Shown here: piece by piece, positions 47,567 through 55,616 of the stretch
Position numbering within the stretch: the first letter of the stretch is position 1
How the letters are laid out: every line of letters starts with the position of its first letter
Assembly (NCBI GenBank): GCA_004212155.1
Contig: RXIG01000015.1
Span: forward strand, 9,486-73,485
DNA length: 64,000 nucleotides
Direction: 5' to 3'
Origin: an archaeon
GTDB taxonomy: Archaea > Methanobacteriota_B > Thermococci > Methanofastidiosales > NM3
The notes under the pieces: model-generated
Told to the model about the DNA's origin: nothing
Databases searched by the model: none
What the model saw: the letters and a program-made list of their open reading frames with translations, nothing else
Position numbers and translations under genes: made by a program

Positions 47567-48490
47567 CTAATCCCTCAGGCGCTTTCCCGTGAGGGATATG
47601 AAGACATCGTCGAGCGTTGGTTCAACAGAGGTAATGGACTTGATGGGTCTTCCCTCAAGAGCCTTGGCGATATCGAGAAGGAGTCCATCGCGGTCCTCGA
47701 TGTAGAGCTTGAGCTCGCCGCGGGAGAAGAACGCATTCTTGATACCTGCAATAGACCCCACGTCGTTGATGACCTGCTCATCCTCCTCGATCTGGATCGT
47801 GATGATGTTTTCGTGCTTCAACTGGCTCTTGAGCTTGGCAGGCGTGTCGATCGCCTGGATAACGCCCTCGTCGATGATTGCGACACGGTCGCAGAGATAA
47901 TCTGCCTCCTCCATGTAGTGCGTCGTGAGGAAGACCGTTATCCCCTTCTTGTTCACTTGCTTGATAAAGTCCCACATCATGCGCCTGGCCTGTGTATCCA
48001 TGCCTGTGGTCGGTTCGTCGAGGAACAAGACCTTTGGGTCGTGCAACAAGCCAAGAATGACGTTAAGGCGCTGTTTCATACCACCCGAGAAGTCCTTGAC
48101 TAGCGTCTTCTTACGCTCTGCCAACCCCATCGCCTCGAGGAGATGGTGTGAGCGCTCATTCAACTCCTTTCCCGGAACGTTGTATAATGTGCCGTACAAT
48201 CGCAGATTCTGTTCAGCGGTCAGGAGGTCGTTGAGCGAGAGCTCTTGTGGAACGATACCTATCATCTCCCTGATGCGCTTTTTGTCAAGAACGTTCACGC
48301 CGCATACGTACGCCTCCCCACTCGTTGGTTTGAGCTGCCCCGTGAGCATGTTGATCGTCGTACTCTTTCCTGCGCCGTTCGGTCCGAGGAAGCCGAAGAT
48401 CTCGCCCTCCTTGACGCCAAAGGATATTCCTCGAACAGCCTTGAATGATCCGTATTGCTTTTCCAAGTTCGATACTTCGATAGAGTTCAT
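47567..48490 (-). CDS. ABC transporter ATP-binding protein (ABC-2/DrrA-like)
   Basis: Walker A GPNGAGKST, signature FSGGMKQRL, Walker B LFLDEPTTGMD. Confidence 0.9.
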   Translation of the reverse strand: MNSIEVSNLEKQYGSFKAVRGISFGVKEGEIFGFLGPNGAGKSTTINMLTGQLKPTSGEAYVCGVNVLDKKRIREMIGIVPQELSLNDLLTAEQNLRLYGTLYNVPGKELNERSHHLLEAMGLAERKKTLVKDFSGGMKQRLNVILGLLHDPKVLFLDEPTTGMDTQARRMMWDFIKQVNKKGITVFLTTHYMEEADYLCDRVAIIDEGVIQAIDTPAKLKSQLKHENIITIQIEEDEQVINDVGSIAGIKNAFFSRGELKLYIEDRDGLLLDIAKALEGRPIKSITSVEPTLDDVFISLTGKRLRD

Positions 48491-49680
48491 GCAGCCTCAC
48501 CCCTGTTGAGCATCATCATGCCCACGAAGAAAAATGCCACGGTAAACGCGCAGGCCACTGCAAGAGGCGTTGCGACCTCTGACAGGGACATCCCACGCAC
48601 CATGACGTCCCTGAGCGCTTGGTTGATGTAGGTGAGGGGGAATATCTTCGAGATCGTGTTCATCCACCCCTGGGAGACGGTAAAGAATATGCCCGAAAGT
48701 ATCATCATCGGGAAGTTGACAAGCATCGCCAGTTGCGATGACTCATCCGCGGTCTTGGCCACCGTTGCGATGAGGAGGCCAATACCTATCATTACCAGCG
48801 TCCCGACGATAATGATGCCATAGACCAGCCACAACGACCCTGCGATATGGAGGTCGTAGAGCGTTACCGCCATGAGGAGCAGTATGGTTACCTGGAAGAG
48901 TATGATGACCATCTGGGAGATCATGTCCCCCGCAAGTAGCGATCCGCGGGAGACAGGTGTTGACAGCAGCCGCCTGCGTATGCCCTTCACCCTGTCCTCG
49001 ACGATACCCTCTGCCGTGCCCGTCACGCCCGTCCACAAGATCGCGAGCGAGACGATGCCGGGGACGATGAAGTCGATATATTGCAAATCGGTCTCCTCCT
49101 TCGCATCGGCCGGCTTGACGTTCGTTGATATGGGTGATGCAATCGTCTTGATGAAATCTACCTGGTTGGTAGTGAGCACTCCATCTGTGACGGCGTTGTC
49201 AAGTTGCTGAATGAAGATCGACTGGGAAAACCCGCTTACAACGCTGTTGGTGACACCGAGCGCAACGCTTTGCTCGTTCGGGTCGGCCAGGGTGTCATAG
49301 AACACGGGGATGTCGACAGGGTCGTCGTGTCGTGGGGTCATCGACTCGGGCAAAAAGATCACCAGCACCGCATCGTATTCATCAATGAGGCGTGCGGCCT
49401 GTTCGTTCATGGCGGCACCGGTATCGGTAACGCGTTTTGCCCTTACCGCGTCGATATCATTGAATTGGGCAGAGAACGCTTCGACCATGGGGTCTGTTAT
49501 GCCACCCGCCGGTTCGACTATGACCGTGTCTATCGTGATATAGGCGTTGTCGCCACCAAACGCGCTCCCAAAGAGCAGCATGAATATGAGAGGATATGCC
49601 ACGAGGAAAACGAGCAATTTCTTCTGATGCCACGTTTCCATGAGCCCCCTCCACGCTATGATTGCAATGTTGTGTACCAT
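48487..49680 (-). CDS. ABC-2 type transporter permease
   Basis: An N-terminal TM, a large extracytoplasmic loop and a C-terminal 5-TM ABC-2 domain. Overlaps the ATPase start by 4 nt. Confidence 0.8.
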   Translation of the reverse strand: MVHNIAIIAWRGLMETWHQKKLLVFLVAYPLIFMLLFGSAFGGDNAYITIDTVIVEPAGGITDPMVEAFSAQFNDIDAVRAKRVTDTGAAMNEQAARLIDEYDAVLVIFLPESMTPRHDDPVDIPVFYDTLADPNEQSVALGVTNSVVSGFSQSIFIQQLDNAVTDGVLTTNQVDFIKTIASPISTNVKPADAKEETDLQYIDFIVPGIVSLAILWTGVTGTAEGIVEDRVKGIRRRLLSTPVSRGSLLAGDMISQMVIILFQVTILLLMAVTLYDLHIAGSLWLVYGIIIVGTLVMIGIGLLIATVAKTADESSQLAMLVNFPMMILSGIFFTVSQGWMNTISKIFPLTYINQALRDVMVRGMSLSEVATPLAVACAFTVAFFFVGMMMLNRGEAA

Positions 49681-49930
49681 GATATCACCAGGAGTAGTAA
49701 CATTTTGATGGATGCGTCGCTTATTTTTATTATTTTCTATAAATAGTGAGAATTAATCAAAAAAGGAATAAAGATACAAAGATCACACTTGATAAAACAA
49801 TGGAAAAGCAGATACCATATGAATAATCATTCGCAGAAAATGGTGACTTGTCATCCAGGTTGCTAGATGCCTAGGGCAGAAAAGATGTGAGCTCGGCCCG
49901 TGTACGCCTCGATCGAATGAAGGTCCGGAG

Positions 49931-50004
49931 CGGACCCGCCGGGATTCGAACCCGGGATCTTCGGCTTAGAAGGCCGACGCCATATCCAACTTGGCCACGG
50001 GCCC
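49931..50004 (-). tRNA. tRNA-Arg (UCU)
   Basis: Acceptor GGGCCCG/CGGGTCC (one G-U), anticodon arm TCGGC-CTTCTAA-GCCGA, T arm CCGGG-TTCGAAT-CCCGG. Its 5' end lies 9 nt after the rps3ae stop codon. Confidence 0.88.
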
Positions 50005-50013
50005 ACAGAGTGT

Positions 50014-50589
50014 CTATTTGAGCTTTTTGACCTTGAGGACCTCGACACGTCTCAGTGGATAGATCTTCTTCGCCTTCTTGTAGATATCAGACGTGATCTT
50101 ACCCAAGATGAGTTCCTGTATCAATGGCACCATTTCCATCTGGGAGGCGGTCTCTTTCATGTGCGCCTCTATGAGGTCCTTTACCGCTTCTGTCTGGGAG
50201 CTCTGCATGCGGCGTGGTGCGATAGCGCTGATCGTGACGCGTAGCTTCTTCCCATCCTTCGTCCGAAGGTCGAGTATGTTGTCGAGCTTCGTGTTGTTCC
50301 TTCGGGTCTGTGAACGGATGTAGGAACGGAGCAATTCGTGCTGCTTGAACTCGGTATATGCGTTCTCACCCTGCACCTCATTGATGCTAAAGTACAGTTT
50401 GACATGGGATTTAGAGAAGTCCCCTGTCAGGTCTCGCAACGACGTCATCATGGTCCTGCCGACCAAGTTATCTGGGTTATTGGAAACTACTTCTCCAAGG
50501 CTCTGCTTGCCAAACATATCGGGAGCGTAGACGTTGTACCACTTCTTCGCTTTCCATGTATCTTTCATCTGTCCGGATCTTCTTGCCAT
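50014..50589 (-). CDS. rps3ae: 30S ribosomal protein S3Ae (eS1)
   Basis: MARRSGQMKDTWKAKKWYNVYAP..LVGRT..VKLYF.. pattern. Start taken at the ATG at 50589. Confidence 0.9.
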   Translation of the reverse strand: MARRSGQMKDTWKAKKWYNVYAPDMFGKQSLGEVVSNNPDNLVGRTMMTSLRDLTGDFSKSHVKLYFSINEVQGENAYTEFKQHELLRSYIRSQTRRNNTKLDNILDLRTKDGKKLRVTISAIAPRRMQSSQTEAVKDLIEAHMKETASQMEMVPLIQELILGKITSDIYKKAKKIYPLRRVEVLKVKKLK

Positions 50590-50908
50590 AATCTCACCAT
50601 AGACGCGTGTATATATAAACGTTGATAACAAAGGCGGATGGTGTTTACTTTTAATAAACCCTTTTTAACGTTTTCGGATTTATAAGTGTGCCATCCCAAT
50701 TCTTTTCACTAGAGGTGGCGAAACGAGTATATAAACCTATTCAATCCCTTATGATAACACAATCCCAGATAAATGGTATTTTTGGATTAGGCATCCGACA
50801 CTTCGCCGTTTTGCTGTCACACCGCCACAAAAAAGGATGAAAAAAGCATCAGTAAGCCCTGTAACGTGCAGATTCCCGTTCGAATGCATCGCCATTCATG
50901 ACGAAACT

Positions 50909-50916
50909 TTTATAAA
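50909..50916 (+). promoter_or_regulatory. TATA-like box upstream of tRNA-Glu
   Basis: tttataaa within cttttataaacaaaag, centred about 28 nt upstream of the tRNA 5' end. Confidence 0.5.
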
Positions 50917-50939
50917 CAAAAGAGAGATTTTCATACTGT

Positions 50940-51014
50940 GCTCCGATAGTGTAGTCCGGTCAATCATCCAGCCCTTTCGAGGCTGAGACCCGGGTTCGAA
51001 TCCCGGTCGGAGCA
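50940..51014 (+). tRNA. tRNA-Glu (UUC)
   Basis: Acceptor GCTCCGA/TCGGAGC, anticodon arm CAGCC-CTTTCGA-GGCTG, T arm CCGGG-TTCGAAT-CCCGG. Confidence 0.9.
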
Positions 51015-51063
51015 CCTTTTATAAATCGATAGCTTTTTATTGGTCTTTTTGGTCGTATCTATC

Positions 51064-51420
51064 ATGGCAACGGTCCTGATTGTCGATGATGAGGAAGATA
51101 TTCGTTTCATCTACACGCGGGCACTCGGGAAAAAGTACAACGTCTTGGCTGCCGAGAACGGGCAGAAGGCGATCGACCTCTACAAGCAGCATTCTCCCGA
51201 TGTCGTGATAATGGACAGCAGGATGCCGGATATGGAGGGCATCGATGCAACCCGAGAGATCATATCATACGATGCCCATGCATGCATCATTGGTGCGACG
51301 GGGTACAGCGACCTTAGCTCCGAATTTAAGGATGCTGGCGCCGTAAGCGTCATAGAAAAGCCATTCTCACTCGAAACCCTTATGAAAACAGTAGAGAAGT
51401 ATATCGGCGGCGACGTATAA
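51064..51420 (+). CDS. Single-domain CheY-like response regulator
   Basis: VLIVDDEEDIR..VVIMDSRMPDMEG..ATGYSD..VIEKPF. Start taken at the ATG at 51064. Confidence 0.8.
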   Translation: MATVLIVDDEEDIRFIYTRALGKKYNVLAAENGQKAIDLYKQHSPDVVIMDSRMPDMEGIDATREIISYDAHACIIGATGYSDLSSEFKDAGAVSVIEKPFSLETLMKTVEKYIGGDV

Positions 51421-51520
51421 GATACCATATCGGGCCGCATTCTTGTATAATCTCCATTTATGTGCGAAGCCATATAACAAAAGACTTTTAAAGAGACATT
51501 ATAATGGTAGTATCGAACGC

Positions 51521-51595
51521 AGCGGGGTGGGGCAGTTAGGAGTGCCCGGCGGGCCCATAACCCGCAGGTCAGTGGTTCAAATCCACTCCCCGCTA
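51521..51595 (+). tRNA. Initiator tRNA-Met (CAU)
   Basis: A1:U72 acceptor end (AGCGGGG/CCCCGCT), three G:C pairs closing the anticodon stem (GCGGG-CCCATAA-CCCGC), T arm AGTGG-TTCAAAT-CCACT. Confidence 0.88.
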
Positions 51596-51768
51596 CCTTT
51601 TATTTACATCATCCTTACCGAATATGATACCCTATTTCACCCTTATTGTTGGGACGGGTGTCATACGTGGACAGATAATACAAATAATCTATCGTTTATC
51701 TTGCACGTGGAGCGCATAAAAAGAAAAACTATTTAAACATGCACAAGGACTATAAAAAAGGGATAGAA

Positions 51769-51975
51769 ATGAGAATATCAAAATACTATGGATTGAAGAT
51801 CTTCAACGACAAGGCTGAATATGTCGGCATAGTGAACGACGTCGTGCTCGAGTTCACCAAGGGCGAGGTCTTTGGGTTGGCCGTGGGGCAGGAACAGGGC
51901 ATCGAGAACACCGCCATACCCTACAATGATGTCATAGCGGTTAGCGATATCGTCCTTGTCAGGTCACAGCGATAG
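51769..51975 (+). CDS. PRC-barrel domain protein
   Basis: ISKYYGLKIFNDKAEYVGIVNDVVLEF..GEVFGLAV..IPYNDVIAVSDIVLV. The start could be 51739 or 51769. Confidence 0.6.
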   Translation: MRISKYYGLKIFNDKAEYVGIVNDVVLEFTKGEVFGLAVGQEQGIENTAIPYNDVIAVSDIVLVRSQR

Positions 51976-51981
51976 GGCGCA

Positions 51982-53226
51982 TCAAATTTCGTCCATCTTC
52001 TTTCCAAGCAGGAACGTTCCGTTCTGGATCATCTTCTGTAATCGTTTGGCCAACTGATTGGCACGCGACCTGTTCGACTGCCTGAGCGTTATCGGCACGT
52101 CGGTTCCCTCTATTTCCATCGTCCCGCACGAACCTACGAACGCCCCCCCTGGGCATATCGTCACGCACGCTCCGCAATTGTAACAACGCATCTTGTCGAT
52201 GCCGCGCTTTGTCGTGAATGCATTGGTCGGGCAAAGCGTTTCGACATCACACACCTTGCAATCGATGCATTTCTCAAAGACGTATCTGACCTCGTGGTCC
52301 TTATCCCGCCAGACGTCCCCATACGTGCCAGAGGCAAAAGGTATTCGATTGTGTATCTCGGCGATCGGCAGCTCGATGTCATCGTCAGACACGCGAAGGT
52401 ATGGCATGGTGGTCTCGGTCACGGGGATCGGTACCGCAACCGATGTGATGCATTCTGGTGTCTTTGACGTCTTGAAGCCCCCCATGTACTTTGATTCCAT
52501 GTCACGAAGATCGCCATAAACGGAGAGGTTGGGCTTTTCAGGAGTGCTGCGCGTTCCCTGACCGATGACATATCCTCTGCCCCCGTTTAGCAGTATCCTC
52601 GTGCCAACGCCGATGGTGGAGAGGAGTGGGTCGTTTTCGACAGGATTGACCTCGCCGCATCCGCTTACCGACACCTCCTTGTACGGCCCCTTCAGGCCTG
52701 TGACGGAAAATATCGTCTTGACAGGGTCAGGCTCGCCATTTACGAAGGCCACATAGTTCTTGAAGGCGCCGCGCGTGGTAAGGAGCTTTGAATAGACAAG
52801 GTCTTCAAGCGTGACGTGATTCTCGAATATGTTACCATCCGCCTCGACGCGGACCTCTATCTCCTTGCCTTCGACGAGGTCACGAAGCACGTGACCTCCA
52901 CCGTACTCCATGTTGGCATACGAAGTGCCATAGAGCAGGACATCCACGATGCCAAGGCTCTCGTTGGGGCACGGACCGGGATGTGCCGGGACCCCATTGA
53001 ACCAAAACGATTCAGCCTTCCTGAACACCCCCTTCTCGGCCACGGGCACGGTAAGGGCTGCGACGGTGCCGGACATGATGCCACACGTGGCCGTCGTCAC
53101 GACATCGACAGTAGAGGGCGAGACATCCTCTCCCTCGCGCAAAAGGCCCTTGAGCTCCTCAGCACTGTATACGACGGCCTCGCCCTTCTCAATCCTCCTG
53201 TTAATCTCCTCGATAGACTTGACCAT
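51982..53226 (-). CDS. COG1900/DUF39-family protein with C-terminal 2x[4Fe-4S] ferredoxin domain (homocysteine-biosynthesis / 'methanogenesis marker 16'-like)
   Basis: N-terminal EEINRRIEKGEAVVYSAEELK..VDVVTTATCGIMSGT, and C-terminal CIDCKVCDVETLCP..CYNCGACVTICP. Confidence 0.72.
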   Translation of the reverse strand: MVKSIEEINRRIEKGEAVVYSAEELKGLLREGEDVSPSTVDVVTTATCGIMSGTVAALTVPVAEKGVFRKAESFWFNGVPAHPGPCPNESLGIVDVLLYGTSYANMEYGGGHVLRDLVEGKEIEVRVEADGNIFENHVTLEDLVYSKLLTTRGAFKNYVAFVNGEPDPVKTIFSVTGLKGPYKEVSVSGCGEVNPVENDPLLSTIGVGTRILLNGGRGYVIGQGTRSTPEKPNLSVYGDLRDMESKYMGGFKTSKTPECITSVAVPIPVTETTMPYLRVSDDDIELPIAEIHNRIPFASGTYGDVWRDKDHEVRYVFEKCIDCKVCDVETLCPTNAFTTKRGIDKMRCYNCGACVTICPGGAFVGSCGTMEIEGTDVPITLRQSNRSRANQLAKRLQKMIQNGTFLLGKKMDEI

Positions 53227-53338
53227 TCGATCCGACCCCTCACAAGACTTATCTCACGGAAGAAAAGAAAAAATACCTAGTTTGAAGATAGAAAGAGAGT
53301 ATATTTAAATATTGTCCTGTCGATTCGATAGTGATGTC

Positions 53339-54391
53339 ATGAGACGTTTTTCGATACGCCAATCCAAGAAAAGCGGCCTTCCGCCAGGCACGCTCATTCA
53401 TGTGGGGCAAAGACATGTTGAGCATCCTTCGATATGGGTCATGGACTATGCGCCCGACCATCTTGATGAGCATACAGACATTCGCATCGATGATGCGCTG
53501 GCATGGCTCAAAAGCCCCAACGTGACGTGGTTGAACGTTGTCGGGCTCGATGCCGACTTCATAGGGCAGATCGGGAACGCACTTAACGTACATCCGCTCG
53601 TTCTCGAGGACATCCTCAACACCGACCACCGTCCGAAGGTCGAGGAGTATGATGATTACTTGTTCATCGTATGCAAGGCCCCGCGCCACGATGACGGGGT
53701 TGCCGTGGAGCAGCTCAGCATGATCCTCTTCGGCACGGGCGTTGTATGCTTCCATGAAAGGGGCAGTGATTTATTCAACGCATTGCAGGAACGGATTCGC
53801 TCACAACGGGGCTTCATACGTTCAAAGGGTGTCGACTACCTTGCCTACAGCATCCTCGATACGATAATCGACTCGTACTTCGTGACGGTGGAAATGATCA
53901 ATGACACAGTCGATGACCTCGAGGAGACGCTCGTGACGGAGCCTACGACGGACACGCTTCAGGCATTGCAGCACTGCAAACGCCATGCCATCATGCTCAG
54001 GAAGGCCATCTTTCCCATGAGGGAGGTCGCGTTCAGCCTGGAGAAGATAGGTGCTCCTTTTTTTGGTAGTGATGTGCGCCCCTACCTTCGTGACGTCTAC
54101 GACCACTGCATACAGATCATGGACACGATAGAATCGATAAAGGACATGCTCTCTGGAATGCTTGACATCTACCTTTCTAGCACGAGCAACAAGCTCAACG
54201 AAGTGATGAAGGTCCTCACCATCATCTCAACCATGTTCATACCGATGACGTTCCTCGCGGGCGTATACGGCATGAACTTCATCCACATGCCCGAGCTCCA
54301 ATGGCGGTATGCATATCCGGCAGTGCTATTGGTAATGGCCTCGATCGCCGGGGTTATGGCCTTGTTTTTCAAAAAGAGAGGGTGGTGGTGA
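53339..54391 (+). CDS. corA: Magnesium/cobalt transporter CorA
   Basis: C-terminal GVYGMNF motif between two TM helices. A TATA-like atatttaaat lies about 30 nt upstream of the ATG at 53339. Confidence 0.85.
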   Translation: MRRFSIRQSKKSGLPPGTLIHVGQRHVEHPSIWVMDYAPDHLDEHTDIRIDDALAWLKSPNVTWLNVVGLDADFIGQIGNALNVHPLVLEDILNTDHRPKVEEYDDYLFIVCKAPRHDDGVAVEQLSMILFGTGVVCFHERGSDLFNALQERIRSQRGFIRSKGVDYLAYSILDTIIDSYFVTVEMINDTVDDLEETLVTEPTTDTLQALQHCKRHAIMLRKAIFPMREVAFSLEKIGAPFFGSDVRPYLRDVYDHCIQIMDTIESIKDMLSGMLDIYLSSTSNKLNEVMKVLTIISTMFIPMTFLAGVYGMNFIHMPELQWRYAYPAVLLVMASIAGVMALFFKKRGWW

Positions 54392-54862
54392 CTACCGTCG
54401 CCTTTTTGTTAGTATGCGTTTGAGCTGTGTTCCGCAGATTTCACAGACGTAGTCCGATTCTGAGTCATAGGTGCGGCCGCATCCAGGACATCGCTTCTTC
54501 CATGTGACGACTGTTTGTATGCCCCTGGTCTTCGTGCTCAGCCAGGATACGCCCATCCGCTCGGCAACGTTCTGAACACCGTAATCGTCGGTGCATACGG
54601 TGCCATCGTGCTCGTAGGCGAGTGCGATAACGCTTATATCGGCTTCTGAAAGGTCATCACCCGAACGCCGCTTCTCGTTGCGTACACGCTCGATCGCTTC
54701 TGGACCCGGGTCGCATACCACAAGCGTCCCAGCACTGAGGTGGGATGTGACAAAATCATGTGATCGTTCATCACGCACCTCATCGAGCACCAGATGGGTG
54801 ATAGCACACGGGCCGTCCGGCATGTGGCGCGATAGGAGCGCCGAGGTATCAAGCACGTACAT
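54392..54862 (-). CDS. Nob1-like endonuclease (PIN domain plus zinc ribbon)
   Basis: MYVLDTSALL..D..VIALA..TDDYGVQNVA, then CPGCGRTY..CEICG. The longer track ORF (to 55183) runs into nadK in another frame and is low-complexity. Confidence 0.7.
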   Translation of the reverse strand: MYVLDTSALLSRHMPDGPCAITHLVLDEVRDERSHDFVTSHLSAGTLVVCDPGPEAIERVRNEKRRSGDDLSEADISVIALAYEHDGTVCTDDYGVQNVAERMGVSWLSTKTRGIQTVVTWKKRCPGCGRTYDSESDYVCEICGTQLKRILTKRRR

Positions 54863-54866
54863 CGTA

Positions 54867-55607
54867 TCACACCCTGCGTATGAAGCGTGCTCGCTGCGTA
54901 GCTGCCGAGATGACGATGTGCTCACCCTCTTGGAACGTGACCACCGGTTGCCCGTCGATGATGACATAGCTGTCCTTGCCTCGATTTGACACGACCACAT
55001 CAAACGTATCTGGGACAATGTAGGGGAATGCTTCCCTGAACAGGGGGCAGATGGGGGTGATGATGATGACCTCCGCCTTCTCATGCACGATTGACCCGCC
55101 CGCAGAGAGCGAATAGGCGGTGGAGCCGGTCGGCGTGGCGACGATGACGCCATCGCCATAGACCTCTTGTGTCTCCTCGTCAACGGTCACCGCGAGGTGG
55201 TCCATCTTGATGGGGGACGTTGAACGCACCACGACCTCATTGAGCACAGTACCGATCGGGCGGTCGTCGTAGGTGACCGAGAGCTTCTTGCGTTCATCGA
55301 CGTAGTGATTGTCAAGGATCGAGGGAATCGTGTCGATCTCATCGGGGGTGATCTCACACAAGAATCCGTACGTCCCCATATTGACGGTAAGCAACGGCGT
55401 CTCTCCGTACTGGCTGCAGGCGCGAAGGATCGTCCCATCGCCGCCGATGACAACGATTGCGTCGACATCGGTGATTGGCGGCATGTTCAGGTATTCCTGC
55501 AAGGAGGGGTCAACATAGACATCATGGTCCTTTAGCAGCGAAGCCACCGATCGCGAGACCTCGACCGCCTCCGTCTTGTCGGTCCTCGACACAATGCCGA
55601 TCTTCAT
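54867..55607 (-). CDS. nadK: NAD kinase
   Basis: VIGGDGTILRA, NMGTYGFL and TPTGSTAYSLSAGG motifs. ATG at 55607 (MKIGIV). Confidence 0.85.
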   Translation of the reverse strand: MKIGIVSRTDKTEAVEVSRSVASLLKDHDVYVDPSLQEYLNMPPITDVDAIVVIGGDGTILRACSQYGETPLLTVNMGTYGFLCEITPDEIDTIPSILDNHYVDERKKLSVTYDDRPIGTVLNEVVVRSTSPIKMDHLAVTVDEETQEVYGDGVIVATPTGSTAYSLSAGGSIVHEKAEVIIITPICPLFREAFPYIVPDTFDVVVSNRGKDSYVIIDGQPVVTFQEGEHIVISAATQRARFIRRV

Positions 55608-55616
55608 TTGTATCAC

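Noticed and set aside
47567-47569. TAG between the ABC ATPase and the MtaA-like ORF read as pyrrolysine, given the methyltransferase context
   Set aside because: TAG is used as an ordinary stop by several well-supported genes in this window: map at 5497, rhodanese at 37747, rps3ae at 50014 and the HD gene at 59324. No pyl genes or MtmB/MtbB/MttB genes are present. A Pyl-mediated ATPase-MtaA fusion seems implausible. The read-through option is kept only as a minor alternative in the finding.
54863-55183. N-terminal 107-aa extension of the track ORF 54392..55183
   Set aside because: The extension is Arg/Ser/Pro-rich low-complexity sequence overlapping the nadK 3' end in another frame. The PIN domain begins cleanly at MYVLDTSAL (ATG at 54862), 4 nt after the nadK stop.
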